This document shows positions 13,901 through 25,630 of a stretch of 64,000 nt of DNA, piece by piece; the first letter of the stretch is position 1, and each line of letters opens with the position of its first letter. The DNA lies in assembly GCA_965655095.1 (NCBI GenBank), contig OZ296653.1, positions 70,804,001-70,868,000 of the forward strand, in the 5' to 3' direction. The position numbers and the translations under genes are program-made. This DNA is from Haplodiscus bocki (taxonomy: Eukaryota). Below the pieces are notes generated by a model. That model saw only the letters and a list, made by a program, of their open reading frames with translations. It ran no database searches and was not told where the DNA came from.

Positions 13901-14020
13901 CGAGAGGCGGAGACTCGATGCAAAATACTAGAGCTTCCAGGTCTTCTAAACGTTTATTCAAAGAATGTACGTTGAGACAAAGCAATGATCGAATATTGTC
14001 AAGTTTCTCAGGGTTTGTTA
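10990..14020 (-). pseudogene. LINE ORF2 pseudogene: AP endonuclease + reverse transcriptase
   Basis: EN: SLLCLNVHSLNK (~13970), IIDGDCNMD, TPTGIIPTSRT. RT: YRPISLLNV (~12495), LRKDFDTIDH (~12280), SVTQGSILGLFLF (~12110), INNLPKV...LFAEYS (FADD remnant, ~11560), FLGIAIDSKLSFRSHID. Many stops and frameshifts. Confidence 0.85.
11606..12078 (-). repeat. Dispersed-repeat copy inserted into the LINE RT
   Basis: Splits the RT motif between ...GLFLFLKY and INNLPK... Same family as 560-830 and 2115-2565. Confidence 0.65.
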
Positions 14021-14109
14021 CATTCGGTGGGTGGGCAGGTGATTCCTAGAAATCTCGGGCAGAAACACGACATTACATTCGAACTGTATTGTAGGAAAGA
14101 GCCACTTCC

Positions 14110-14940
14110 TTAAAATACTGGTACAGAATAGATTTTATTATCCTCTTTCCACACATAAAAAGTTGTGCCTACGCGTGCCCATGCCAAAAAACCCTGGGAA
14201 CACTCTTCAACATATTGAAGAATCAATTGTCTCTGCGGTTAAATCCTCGAATACTTTCACATTTACATATCCCATTTTGTTCGAAAGTACTTCCTTGTTC
14301 TTAAGGAATTTTAGTTTCCCAGTTCTTCCGGCAAAACGTAGAATGACTGGGCGTTCACCAACTTCGATAGAGAGGAATCTGTGGGCAACTAATATATCGT
14401 TTGAGCTAGTTTTGGCTTCATAAGCATCGGAGAGTTCTACAATTTTGTCGATTGTTTCGTCCACAGATTCATGTATCATTCGGCTGTGGTTATCAATGTT
14501 AGTCATTTGCTTCAGGCCAAGTATTCTGATAAGGTCTCGTCTATCATACCTTTCAGGGAGCCCCCATTCAGATAGCATCTTCAAAAGTTCATCATGTCGT
14601 GAATCTTCAATTTGTTGCTGAACCTCTTCCATGATTTGTCGTTTAGGCATTTTTATTTTTTACTGTATCAACGGTTTGATCAACTGTTGTGGCGAGCTCC
14701 TCAGATCTTGATTTACTTTGGGAACTACTTGACTGATTGTTTTCACCACAATTTTTGTGATTGGATTCATGATATTTTCCTCGATGGTGTCTCCGGGCGG
14801 TTGGTAAGTTCAATTCTCGTTCACTGTTTGGTCGCATATTTCATGGTTTCGGAGTTCGATCCATGAATCTCAGTTGCTGTGGCGCCTCAAATTCAGAAGT
14901 TTCTAGCTGCGACTGACTTTGCTCATTTGCTTCCATGCCT
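14110..14940 (-). pseudogene. LINE ORF1 pseudogene (coiled coil + L1-type RRM/CTD)
   Basis: ERYDRRDLIRILGL...DILVAHR...RPVILRF...VKVFEDLT in ORF 14207-14650, with frameshifted N- and C-terminal parts. Confidence 0.8.
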
Positions 14941-15329
14941 CGCTGGCTCATCCCCGAAATTACTTAACAAGTTTATCACAAGAATTAGGCTGTTGTTTTA
15001 TTTCATAAACAAGAAAATCTCCGAAGCTTTTATCTTTTCTACTTGCGGTGCCTTGCTTGCCTCGCAAACAAATGTGCGTTAATTCGATTAGCAAGGACTT
15101 GGGGGCGATAAAACAGGAATACATACGAAATATTCAATTATTCGGTCTAGAAAGCGAAAGGAAATGCGTTCACGTGAATCAAATTGCAACTGCGCCAAAT
15201 CGGGAACTGAGTCACCGAGACTGTACGCGAGGAAGGCGGAAATTATAGAATAGCAACAGTCTGGTCTTACAAAATTTGAATTAGCAGTTGCGTTCCACAA
15301 ATCAACATTTCAGAGGAAACATATAATTT

Positions 15330-15951
15330 TGTCATCAACGGAGTAATTCGGAACGTAAGTTTATCCCCGCCTACAGCATTAATTGCAAATTATGAATGAA
15401 TACACGATCAATTCTTAAAAATAGAAGAATATTGAATTGACCCAAAATAGGAAGTGCTACAAAATCAGCAAATTAAATGTAACTAATTGAGTGAATTTTT
15501 TGCAAAGACGAGAATGAAATAGAGACAAAATCTATCAGAAAAATATGGGAGCCATTGGAAACTAAAACAAATTTATGGGTGTTTACAATTTTAGAGCTTC
15601 CAGCTAGTGCAAACAGTGTGATATTTGCTCTTTCTAGCACTAAATCTGTTGTCATTACTTTTGTTAGATTTTAGGTTTAAATTCTCTTTTGTTCATTCAG
15701 CGATCAAGACATCAAGATCGAAGTGTGAGTCTGATCAGGAAAGTTTCCATGTAATTTCGCCTATAGTATCCACTCCGGTAACACGCAAATCGCAAGTCTA
15801 CAGAGACAGGTCTTTCGCGGTCCCCCTATTGGATCCGCGATCAAGATATCAAGATCAGCTGTGAGTTCAAACAGGGACACTACATGAGCTTTAGCATTTT
15901 ACAAAGTTCATATCTAATCAACACAACTACCATGCTCTAACGTCATCAACG
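15330..15951 (-). repeat. Putative 3' LTR of element A (~620 bp)
   Basis: On the minus strand a purine-rich tract (aaaataaaacgagaa, 15952-15966) is followed by (c/t)gttgatgac..., and the segment ends ...gttgatgaca at 15330. No second LTR is present in the window to confirm it. Confidence 0.5.
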
Positions 15952-16387
15952 TTCTCGTTTTATTTTAGAGTTTCAAATCACGCATGAGGCGAGAGCAGTT
16001 TTAAATTATTGAACTCTACTTTTCAGATTGTGTGTTTTCTGGATGCGGGTTCACCGAGTGGATTCCAACGAAGATCTCAGCAGTTTCAACGAAAAAGGGT
16101 GAGTTTCAGTAGTCAACTTTATTATTCTCAATCCGAAATATGTCCAAGAAGATTCGAAGTATAAAATGTTGAAAGTTTTGGCAGCACACAGCCATCAAGT
16201 TCAAAGAGGAGTCTTATATATTTGATAAATATAAAAATGCACTTACAGATTGAGTGATAGAAAAAAAAAGATTTCAGCTGAACAATCAAAAACAAAAAAT
16301 TCATGATTAAACAATTGAAAAGAAAAAAAATTCTGGTCCCTTTTCCAAAGACTGGAGCGGACCGCTTAAAAATGAGTGTTATTTATT

Positions 16388-18707
16388 TTATCCGGGATGC
16401 TGACCCGGGGGAGCCATTGTTGTCATGACATTGGCTTGAGAAGGCGCTCGGACGTAAATGACACCTTCTTGGTGAACAGTATCGTAAGAAGGGCATTGAA
16501 TTTGCTTGACTGCGGGGAACTTGTTGCTCCCTGAAATTACCATACTAATTTCTGAAGCAGTGCGTTTCAGACCGTGGCCTGCTGCATTTAAGGCAATGTT
16601 CGAAGCGGTTTCTCTTTCATCTGTCAACGTCGACAAAGAAATTGTGCGTTTGATTTTTTCTTCTCGTCCAGGGACAAGAGAATTTTTAGGACAAAATAAA
16701 CCGCACCATAAAGGTGTTTCGCGATGTTTGTGTTTATAACGATGATAGATACAGACAAAAAGCATATCAAGGACCATTGATCCCAAAAATGATATCAGAC
16801 TCATTAAGAGGGAATTCTTGATAGACAAATGAGAATCGAATTTTGTTGAGAGGGACGGACGCAGTTGAGTCATTTTTGAACTTATCAGACGGGCTATGTC
16901 CAAAAGCTTTTCCGAGTCTCGCATTTTAGGGCTGTCAATTAAATGCTCTCGGACTTCTTTCATCATTGCAATTCCAGCTGCCGATTTTGTCGAAAAGTCA
17001 ATCCAGAGTTGTTTCAACGGATCTGGGAATTTTACTTTAATTTTAATTGCCGGAAGCTGCTCGCAAGTACTCAGGTCCGATTTAATTTTGATGTGTGGAC
17101 CTACTGACTGCTTTCCACATTCCAGTGTGATAATGCAAATGCTGCAACCAGGATATTTGATGATTCCCGATGAAGTAGTTGAGGCGGTATCAGATTCAAA
17201 TAGAGTATAAGCAGTGGTTGCAGAAGTTATAAGCCAAACTCCAAATCCCAAGTTTCCTGCTATTTCCGTAGCTGGAAGGGCTATTTGTTCTGTATCGCAT
17301 ATCTGTAATGCTTCTCCGGTGCCTTTGAAGAAAAGAGTTGCTAAACAAGATCCATGTCCTGTTTCTGTGGCAATCATGTCTAGGCAGATTTGATACCGTG
17401 ATGATCCGATACATCGGGAAAGATCGTATTCTGTCAGATAGGCCGTTTCCATGTTATCTTCTGATATTGCTAAATATGGCGCTTCTAAATTCCATTTGAT
17501 GGCCAAGTCCGGTTCCAGTTGAGGCATAGGAACCGCAATTGAACGAAAAACCGTAAATGCAGTTTGTTTTGATGCCAAAGGAATTGCAGTTCGCATTACT
17601 AGTCCTTGGTCAACAGTAATGACATCTCTCAAAAGTCGCGACTCATAATAGGATATTATTTCATCCATTGGAATTGCTAAAGAACGTCTATCCTTGGAGC
17701 GATTTTGTTCCGCGGCGACGTTCTTTAGAATGGTCAAGAGCGATTGTCGAGGAACAAGCGACATTGGCAAATAATGGTTCAGAATCGGTTGAATTGAGTT
17801 CATCATATTAATACGGTACATGTAAATTGTGCCTCTATAACTTTTTATATTTGCGAAAGTAATAGCAAGCAATGAAGAAATAGTGTCATAATTGAAATTG
17901 ATCTGCTGGCGAGAGAAAAGTACCTGATCACAATCTCGTAAGACGTGAATATTGTCTTGAAAAATTTTAAAATGCTCTTCAATGAGTTGCCAGTTACGGT
18001 TTTGAACTTCAGCCATCTGCTTTTGAACTGATTTGATTGCAGCAAGTTCAGACGTAACTTTGTCGTTTACTTCGTTTCGTAATTTAAAAACATCTTCTCT
18101 TAAGGCTTCTGCAAAGTCAGCGAGTTTTGGAATATTTTCTGCATTCTTCTTGGATTTGTCATGGCAACAGCCAAAAATTCCTTTAATTCCACAGGTTCCT
18201 CCTCCAAGCGCCATTCCGGATCCAAATAATCCAACTGATGCAAGCGCCATCATTGCAAGAGGCGCTGCCCTCCGGGATCGATGAATATCCTGCGCTGCAG
18301 TTGCATCATAGTTTAAAAAAGATGCATCATAGTTTAAAAAGGAGCATTTATCTCTCCGCAAGGTTAACTTCGGTTTCAACTTGGTGAAGAAGCCAGTCAA
18401 CATCAAAGGTTGAGTCGTTTTTCGGAAAATTTGTCGAGCAATCCAAGTGACACTGCCAGCTAGGGGAAGCCCAGAGCTTTCCAAGTTTTTCTATGTAGGC
18501 ACCTAATTCAGCACGTAAGTCAAGTGCAAACTTTGGAAAGTGGACTAGAAAGTCAACGCTGATGAATTTTTCAGCCAGTAAAATTTTCGTAACATGGTTA
18601 AAGATGATGCCGTTTTCAAGTACTGCGCCTTGTGCTTGTTCTGGGAAGATATCCGAAGTCCATGTCACTTGATCCGTCAGAATTGTTGCAATGCATGTCG
18701 ATTGCAC
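16388..18707 (-). pseudogene. env: Envelope glycoprotein, class I fusion type (errantivirus/baculovirus-F/paramyxovirus-F-like), one frameshift near 18350
   Basis: N-terminal part from ORF 18348-18707, remainder from ORF 16388-18484. Furin site HRSRR, fusion peptide AAPLAMMALASVGLFGSGMALGG, heptad region, Cys-rich ectodomain (CIGSSRYQIC, SCLATLFF, GCSICIITLECG), TM SLLMSLISFLGSMVLDMLFVCIY, basic stop-transfer and cytoplasmic tail. A 21-bp duplication gives SFLNYDA x2. Confidence 0.85.
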
Positions 18708-19506
18708 TGAAAACGAAAAAGTTTGGTAAGCGTCCGAAAAAAAAATTGTCCATTGAAAAGAAGAGTATAAGTGGAGTTGGAGTCTTGTGTAGCTAACATC
18801 TTTTTGTAGGGTTTTTGCGTCTTTTGATTTTGAGGTACTTCGTAAGATTTGGCTTTGTAGTTATACAGTGCTCTTGTTGCCACCCCAAAAGGTTAAGCGT
18901 GTCCAAGTTCTTCCGAGATTTTCAGAGACTTCGAACAAAATGTGTTTTACTAAGCACGTCGCCGGCCTTGTGGTCAAATGCTGTGTGGATAAGAGTTGTA
19001 TCGGAGATGTCTGTGTCCTACAGATGATAGAGATGTGTCGCGATCCAGAGGTTGTCTTTGAGGGCGAAAGTGAACACAACGACTATGCGTGGATACAAAT
19101 GATGGTTATCGTTGGCCTTCTGCTACTTTATGTAGGGAAGCGCATTATGCATTAAATGAAGATGGCAGCAGCTGAAAAATTTTTGAGATGCCAGTTTATT
19201 CTGTAGTTTTGTTGGATTACAGAAGTCAGTCAGATTTGTATGATAGTTAATGTTAGTTAAATGTTTCGCCGTTGTTAACAGTTGTCGCTTCGTCCATGGG
19301 AGAGAGAACACCTGCTAAATGGTTGAAATGCAACAAAACCAATTGTTTCTACTTTTCAAATAAATTTGGAATTGCGGTACTTAACCGTGCTTCTGTCAGT
19401 CATAGGCAACAAGAAGGTTAGTTTATCATCAAGATTCGTCATAATTTTCTTTTGTGGAGATTTTGGGTTATCAAACCTAAGAAACTGCGAGCAGTTGGGT
19501 TTTCAA

Positions 19507-20611
19507 ATGGAGACTAGAGCAGATTACTACAAGAAGTCCTGTATTGCCGAGATTATCAATGAACAAAATTTGGTAAAATTGGGGTGGGTTCCCGTACCTT
19601 CCATAGATGGAAGCAATTGTTACTCCTGGGCAGATATCACGGCTAAAATGAAAAACAATGGGCTTTCGGCTGTTGTTCGCGATGACTGGGCGAGTGAGCC
19701 AGTCGTAATTAGAAATCAACGGCTTGTCACTGTGGATGCCAATTTTCTCAAAAATATATCCTGCGTAAAATCTGGCGTTCGAATGATATTAAATGTCAGA
19801 AAAAATTGGAAATTCGACTGCGCAGATCGAGTTTATGGACCTATTTCAAGCTTGGATCAAACTTTACTGCTGGGTCAAGTGCTTGGTCATTTAATTTGGA
19901 CGGCTTGATAACGTATTCAATGCCAAGAACATTAACATTAACGAAGCTGGATGGGATATTTTCATTTGGTCCCTGGTTCACAGCAGGTCATGTAGAAACT
20001 GAGGGTGATGATAGTATTACTTATGCGCCAATTGGAAAAAAAAATTGATGTTGATCGCAAAACGTGCAAGAGCCTCCCAGCGATTAGAGGCCTTATTCAC
20101 TTCATGGAAAGCTATCTCAGAACTGCTATCCAAGCCTCCTGCGAGAGTTATGCGAGAAAATGTCAGGTTCTTTATATCCAGCCCTGATGCATTAATGGTA
20201 CAGCCTTCCCTTTGTGCTCATTGTGTGAATACTTTTAAGGACGGGCCAGCCCTGGTAGTTGGTTTTGAGGGAAAAGATGAGGCTGATCCCAAAAAACGGA
20301 CTCAGGTCATCAATTATTATGCTACTGGTCTTGGTGTGGAGAGGAGGGAAGTATTGTTTAGAAAATATTCTTACAAACAATCTCTCGCGGGTCTAATCAC
20401 ATCTAAAGGGACCAAAACATCCCTCTTCGAGCATCTCGAGTGCTTCCAATATGATGGTGTTTATGGACAAGCTTCTACCCCAAGGAAGGCAAAAGTAAAG
20501 TGTCCAAAATCGAAAACGGAGAATGCTCTTTCTGCCTCGTATCAGAGTAAAATATCAGCAAAAAGTTTCAAAGGAAAAGGGTATGCGTTGTTTTTGCTCA
20601 CAAAAAAATGA
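19507..20611 (+). pseudogene. JmjC-domain 2OG-Fe(II) oxygenase (histone-demethylase-like), antisense cargo gene of element A, two frameshifts
   Basis: Joining ORFs 19366-19908, 19806-20048 and 20045-20611 gives GIFSFGPWF-T-AG-H-V-E-TEGDDSITYAPIG-K-K-LMLIA ... FFISSPDALMVQPSLCA-H-CVNTF..PALVVG. HxE at 19989-19997, distal His at 20219-20221, Thr at -3 and Lys at +17 from the first His. Confidence 0.8.
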
Positions 20612-21108
20612 AGTTGTTTAATATGTATTAAACAAATTAGGTTTGTCCTTAGCGCAATTGGCTAAATGGCTGGCTGCTTTATTCGACCAATTTAGAGCTG
20701 TTAGTAACAACCCAAGATAGACAAAATTTTGATGTTTTCATGTGCTAAGGCTGGTTTTCATGGGCACTAATTATTGATATAAGCCTACACAATCACAAAT
20801 TGTTGTTCTGAACAGCTATCCAGGTAAGTTGGATGCTTAGTGTCACAAAAAAACCCCAAATTTCACTTAAGTACTTCAAGGTAACGGAATATTCACCCTT
20901 GAGGGATATAGGTTTCATGGTTTATTGGAAGAGACTGTCAGTTTTCAATCTAGGACGTTCCCCAAAAGTGTAAGCGTAAAGCTACAATCATTTCTAGTAT
21001 CGTGTTTTTCTATGGCTCGTACTATATCTGACAAATTCCAGATGAAGTTTTTACATTATCCTCGAAGTGGCAAATTGCTAAGTGTTCTCGCTTGGCGTGT
21101 GTCTGTAT

Positions 21109-21109
<1 letters not shown>

Positions 21110-21143
<34 letters not shown>
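21110..21143 (+). repeat. (GA)n microsatellite
   Basis: Direct inspection. Confidence 0.95.
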
Positions 21144-21146
<3 letters not shown>

Positions 21147-21468
21147 TACGTCAATTAGAAGGGGACCTTCCTGCGTCACAACCGTATCGTGGCCGATTTT
21201 TGAATTTCTTCCAAAAAGTTGAAAAAGCTTAGTTTCAAATTTTTTTTGTTGTTTGCTAGTCGAGTTTTGACCTAGAAGTCCATAGTTGAACCTATGGTTC
21301 TTCACGTCTACAAAAGTTGAGAAGAGAAAAAGGAACGAGAAACGAAGCTCAAATTATCAAGGACATTGCGTCTGGAATAACTATTTTGTCCAGTTATACA
21401 TTGAGTTAGTTTTTCCGTGATATGAAATTTTTGAAAGTTGTATTTACTATGACTTGTTGAAACATTGG

Positions 21469-21946
21469 TTATGCAGTGACTCTTGGTCCCAAATCCTCCA
21501 TCCAAAACATTAAGGCTACCAGTTCTAGATCCTCCAAGGGTTGATATTGTGCGGTTTCAAGCAGGGAGTTCCATTCAATTGTGTCGGGATAGAGATAAAG
21601 ATCATCAGTTTGTGTTGAGAAATGAATGTCATGTGCCACGCTACAAGACTGCAAAGAATAAATTGCGCCTCTGTGGCTGATCTTCCTCAATTAGCCATTG
21701 TACAAATTGCTCGAGGCGGGCCGAGTCAGCAAATTGACTTGCCGAATCAATCAATGCTCTCCATTCGATTGTGTGAGGAACAATTTTCATTATTTCGTGG
21801 ATCAAGATTTGATGCTGATAGCGCTGTGTATACAACACAAGTCTAGGAGGCTGCAAAAATGCTCGATCAATATGTTTGATGGTAACGCTATCGAAGATTT
21901 CACAGGTCAAAACTCGATGAGCGAATGGCCAATATAGATTATGCAT
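21469..21946 (-). pseudogene. Accessory ORF of element A between pol and JmjC/env, unknown function, frameshifted
   Basis: ORFs 21641-21946 and 21469-21690 overlap in the element sense and read as globular protein. Preceded by a branch-point/acceptor-like actaac...aatcag. Confidence 0.45.
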
Positions 21947-22279
21947 CGTTGCAACTGATTTTAGCGTTAGTTAATTTCAAATGTGAAGTAGGCGTCCTTT
22001 TGATTGACTACTGATAAGAATCTTAATTAGTTAGTTTGCCAGACGGCTGGCGCCAATGAACTGATAAGAATTCAAACAAATACGTCAATCTTTTGGTGAC
22101 AGTTCAGAGTTCGGTGTGTCACTTCTATTTGGGTTATCAAGGGGGCGGATTTTGCAGTAACCCTTCAAAAGCTAACTCGCGAGCAGTGCACATATGGAAT
22201 AATCTTCTAATTGTTTCTTTGTCCCTATCGTACTCTTCAGGAATTATCAAATTTTCATTCAATGGATTGCTGTGCCATT

Positions 22280-22715
22280 TTCGTAAAAAAAGTTTTACAC
22301 AAGTTCCACTGTGTCCAAATATGTGAATTATGTCAGCCAGTACTTTTGTCCATTCGAGTTTGTCTCATCCACACCCAATTTGCGGTAAGCTAATTTCTGT
22401 TATTCCGTGTTCTAACATGTGACTTTTCATTCGACATAGGCTTTTATTTAAATTTCGGTAAGCAGGCTTATCATTGCTATGTCCTTTTGTCACTAAGTTA
22501 TATATCCAGTTCTGTCTTTGGTAAGAAAAAAGTGCTATAAGAGAACCTGGCTCTAAAAACATGTTTCTTTGTCGAATGTCTTTCAAATCAGTAAACAATC
22601 TCAAAAAATGTGTAGCCATGCCTGCTGCCAGTGCTAAATCAGATGATACGCAATGTCCAAAATTAGTGTTAGGGTTTTCGAACAGATCTTGTAAAATTTC
22701 AGTATTTGGTGGGAG
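22280..22715 (-). pseudogene. TARG1/OARD1 (C6orf130)-type macrodomain at the C-terminus of element A pol
   Basis: LQDLFENPNTNFGHCVSSDLALAAGMATHF...WIYNLVTKGHSNDKPAYRNLNKSLCRMKSHMLEHGITEISLPQIGCG*DKLEWTKV...IF...CVKLF. Closely follows TARG1 (HCISED..MGAGIA; YYLITK..KPTYENL.KSLEAMKSH..GVTDLSMPRIGCGLDRLQW). One in-frame stop. Confidence 0.9.
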
Positions 22716-23282
22716 TAAAATACTTTCAGTGTCATTAGAAATTTGGTTGAAATGGAATTTAGGCGGATGGACATCAGAAGAGGATGGCGGTTGACCTCTA
22801 TTCGATCGAATTGGATAACGGTTTTTCAGAATCGATTTTCACGGTATTTGCGTTAGATTTGGAGCTGAGGATGTTGAATTAACTAGTTTTTGTCGCGTAG
22901 TAGATGCGATGTTCCGTAACATAGTTCTTTTCGTGTCTACTGACGGTGGAGTCGTGGCTTGTTGCTCAAGATACGCATAATAACGCTTTTTCGTTAAGTC
23001 TTGTCGCGACAGAATTCCGCGATGATATTCATATTGATCAAAGCGAATTCTCTGCGATGCTGCAGTGGTTGATTGTGCACTGCTACTTTTTATCGGTATC
23101 CGAGATTGTCTAGTTTTTGCTTGTGGTCCAACATTTCTGTTCTAGGCAATGATATTTCTTGATTTGGGTTTGGTTTAGGAGACACACCGGGCTCAGGACT
23201 GTCAAAGTGTACCTGGACTGGAGCCGCTGGTTGAACAGGCTCTGGAAAGAGCTGATTTTCAACCTCTTCAATTGGAGTTGGT

Positions 23283-25630
23283 TCAGGTGCGGGTTGTAGT
23301 GATTGGAATGGTCCAACTAGGTTTATTTGCATCATGTCTCCCGGAAAAAGTTGTTCGGATGAAATTGGTTGAAGTGGTGGATGCAATTGTTTTGACTCTT
23401 TTGAGAGTCGAGCAAGAAAGACAATTCTTGATGTAGTCAGTCAAATATTCTGAAAATCTAGGAAAATAGAATCGTTTGCGAAACTCTTCCGCTGTTCTAA
23501 CAATACCAAGATGTCCTCCGGTGGGAGAATTATGTATTCTGTAAATGACTTCTTTTCGCAAATGTTTCGCAACGCAAACTTGTGAGTGTGATATTTTTCC
23601 AATATCGTCAAAAAATTGTCGCACTAAAATCCCTTTTAGTATCTGTAGTCTCAGCAAATGTTTATGATACTTTTTGAGTTCAAATGAAGCATGAGTCAGG
23701 TCATCAGTACATCCAATTTCAATCCAAACCATTACTTTTCTAATCACTGGATCTTTTTTCCGTTCCTCTTGGATATTCAAAGCTGTAGCGTTTGTCTTTG
23801 AAGTTTCAAAGCAGTTCAAAGGATCATTTTGTTGAATTGAATTGATTTCTGGTGCACGTTTTAGGAGAAAACCTTCTGAAATGGTATCTTTTGATGCAGA
23901 TGCCAAGAGATCAGTCAAATGAGGAATTAGGTTTTGTAAGGCATGATTTGAGTTAATGATGTTTATAAGATTTTCTGATAAACTGTCAGGCTGAGGTTCT
24001 ACTTGTTCTGGTTGATCAGATTCTATTGCTAACATCGAGGCATCAGGAGTTTTCGCTTTCATGTCTATCTCAATTTCTTTCATTGGGATGGATTCGTGAA
24101 GTTGTAGCTCCAACCTTTGAGTTGGATCGGTTTGCATTCGCGATAGAAAATCTGCTGCGGCATTTGCGAGACCAGGAAAGTGTGCAAGAACTATATTGTA
24201 GGCAATGACTCTGTCCATGAAATTCCACAATGCTGGATGAAATGACTTTGATTGAAAAAAACTCGTCAAGCTTTTGTCTGTTAAGATAATTACTGGTTTT
24301 TCAGCTCCCCAAATGAAGTGAGAGAAATACTCTAGCGCAAAGCAGAGAGCTAGAAATTCTTTGCAATACGTAGACATTTTTAATTGACTTGCATTACAAA
24401 ACTGTGATCCGTAAGATACAGGTGCGTATGCGTGTTTTTTCTTTCCGTCTTTTGTTCTAGGTAGTCTTCAATCATTAAGACAAATCCGCTACTATAACAA
24501 GTTGCTCACACAGAATTACATACTGTTCTCCTGGTTTTGCTAAACGTAAGATAGTTTCAGTTGCTTTGAGCAAATCTTTATATTGTCAAAACTTTCCAAA
24601 TGTTCATCTTGCAGAATAAATTCTACATCTTTTCTGAGTAATTTGTACCATGGCATCAGGTTTTGTGCTAGATTAGGAAGAAATGAGCGGAAAAATAATG
24701 TAAACCCAACTAATCTTTTCACTTGTTTTACAGTAGCTGGAAGTTTTATTGTATTCAGAAACTTTTGAATTTTTTCTTTCTCTGGTTGAAGTCCTTTTGG
24801 TGATATCGTATTGCCAAGAAAATTTATTGAAGGCATTCCAAATTCACATTTATGAGGTGTCAATCTTAATCCTGACTTTCTAAGGCAATCAAAGATTTGT
24901 TTCAATGTGGGTACCATTTGTTCAAATGTCTCCACTCCGCATCCGATAAATTGTGTACATATGTTGGCTGCTAGACAGGAATCTAGATAAGATCTGACAA
25001 ATGAGCTAAATCCTGTCACTGATTTGTTTGATCCTTAAGCTAATCTCGTGTAGGCGTATGTTCTTGAGGCAAAATTAAACGAAAGTAGTTGCACTGATAA
25101 GGGGTCTGCCATTTGTACAGAGTGATAAGCTTGAGAGCAATCTAACTTTGTAAACAAAGTCTTTCCTGGAAAGTGATGAACGGCGTCTGTCATGTTTGAT
25201 ATCGGAAAAACATTGTTACTGTAATCATTCCGAAGGAGATGATTAACTCGTCTAAGATCAATCAAAATTCTCAATTTCCCTGATGACTGACGTTGAGCAA
25301 ATATGGGACTACAATATTTAGAATTTGGGAGGAGCCTCACGATACCATAATATTGCATGAGGGCAAGTTCAACTAAGATTTCATCTCTCAAATGAATTGG
25401 TGTTGGTGGACTTTGAACGTAAACTGGTAAATCATGCGCTGGAGTCAATTTGACTTTCAATTCAGTATTATAGCCAACATCAAATCTATGTTTTGCAAAA
25501 ATATCATTATAATCAACTAATAATTCTTGCATTTCTTGAATCTGTTTTGCTGTCAGAGCAGATTTTGACCAATCAAATTGCTTTAAAAATGTTTCTCAAT
25601 CTCCGGAATTCTGTTGAGGATCTAAAGTAT
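23283..25630 (-). pseudogene. pol: Element A pol pseudogene: RT, RNase H, integrase Zn-finger (core deleted)
   Basis: RT: KLRILIDLRRVN, FTKLDCSQAYH, LTPHKCEF..INFLG; the YxDD site is damaged. RH: YCKEFLAL..ALEYFSHF, ANAAADFLSR. IN: IHNSPTGGHLGIVRT...CLSC, then MMQINLVGPF joined directly to a Pro-rich tail. Confidence 0.92.

Larger units (their letters stand above)
10950..14950 (-). mobile_element. Decayed near-full-length non-LTR retrotransposon (CR1/L2-type LINE)
   Basis: ORF1, AP endonuclease and RT remnants in canonical order on the minus strand. Ends are approximate. Confidence 0.85.

Noticed and set aside
18350-18484. N-terminus of the 698-aa ORF (MESSGLP...) as the true env start
   Set aside because: It is the off-frame reading upstream of a frameshift; the env-like N-terminal sequence is in ORF 18348-18707.
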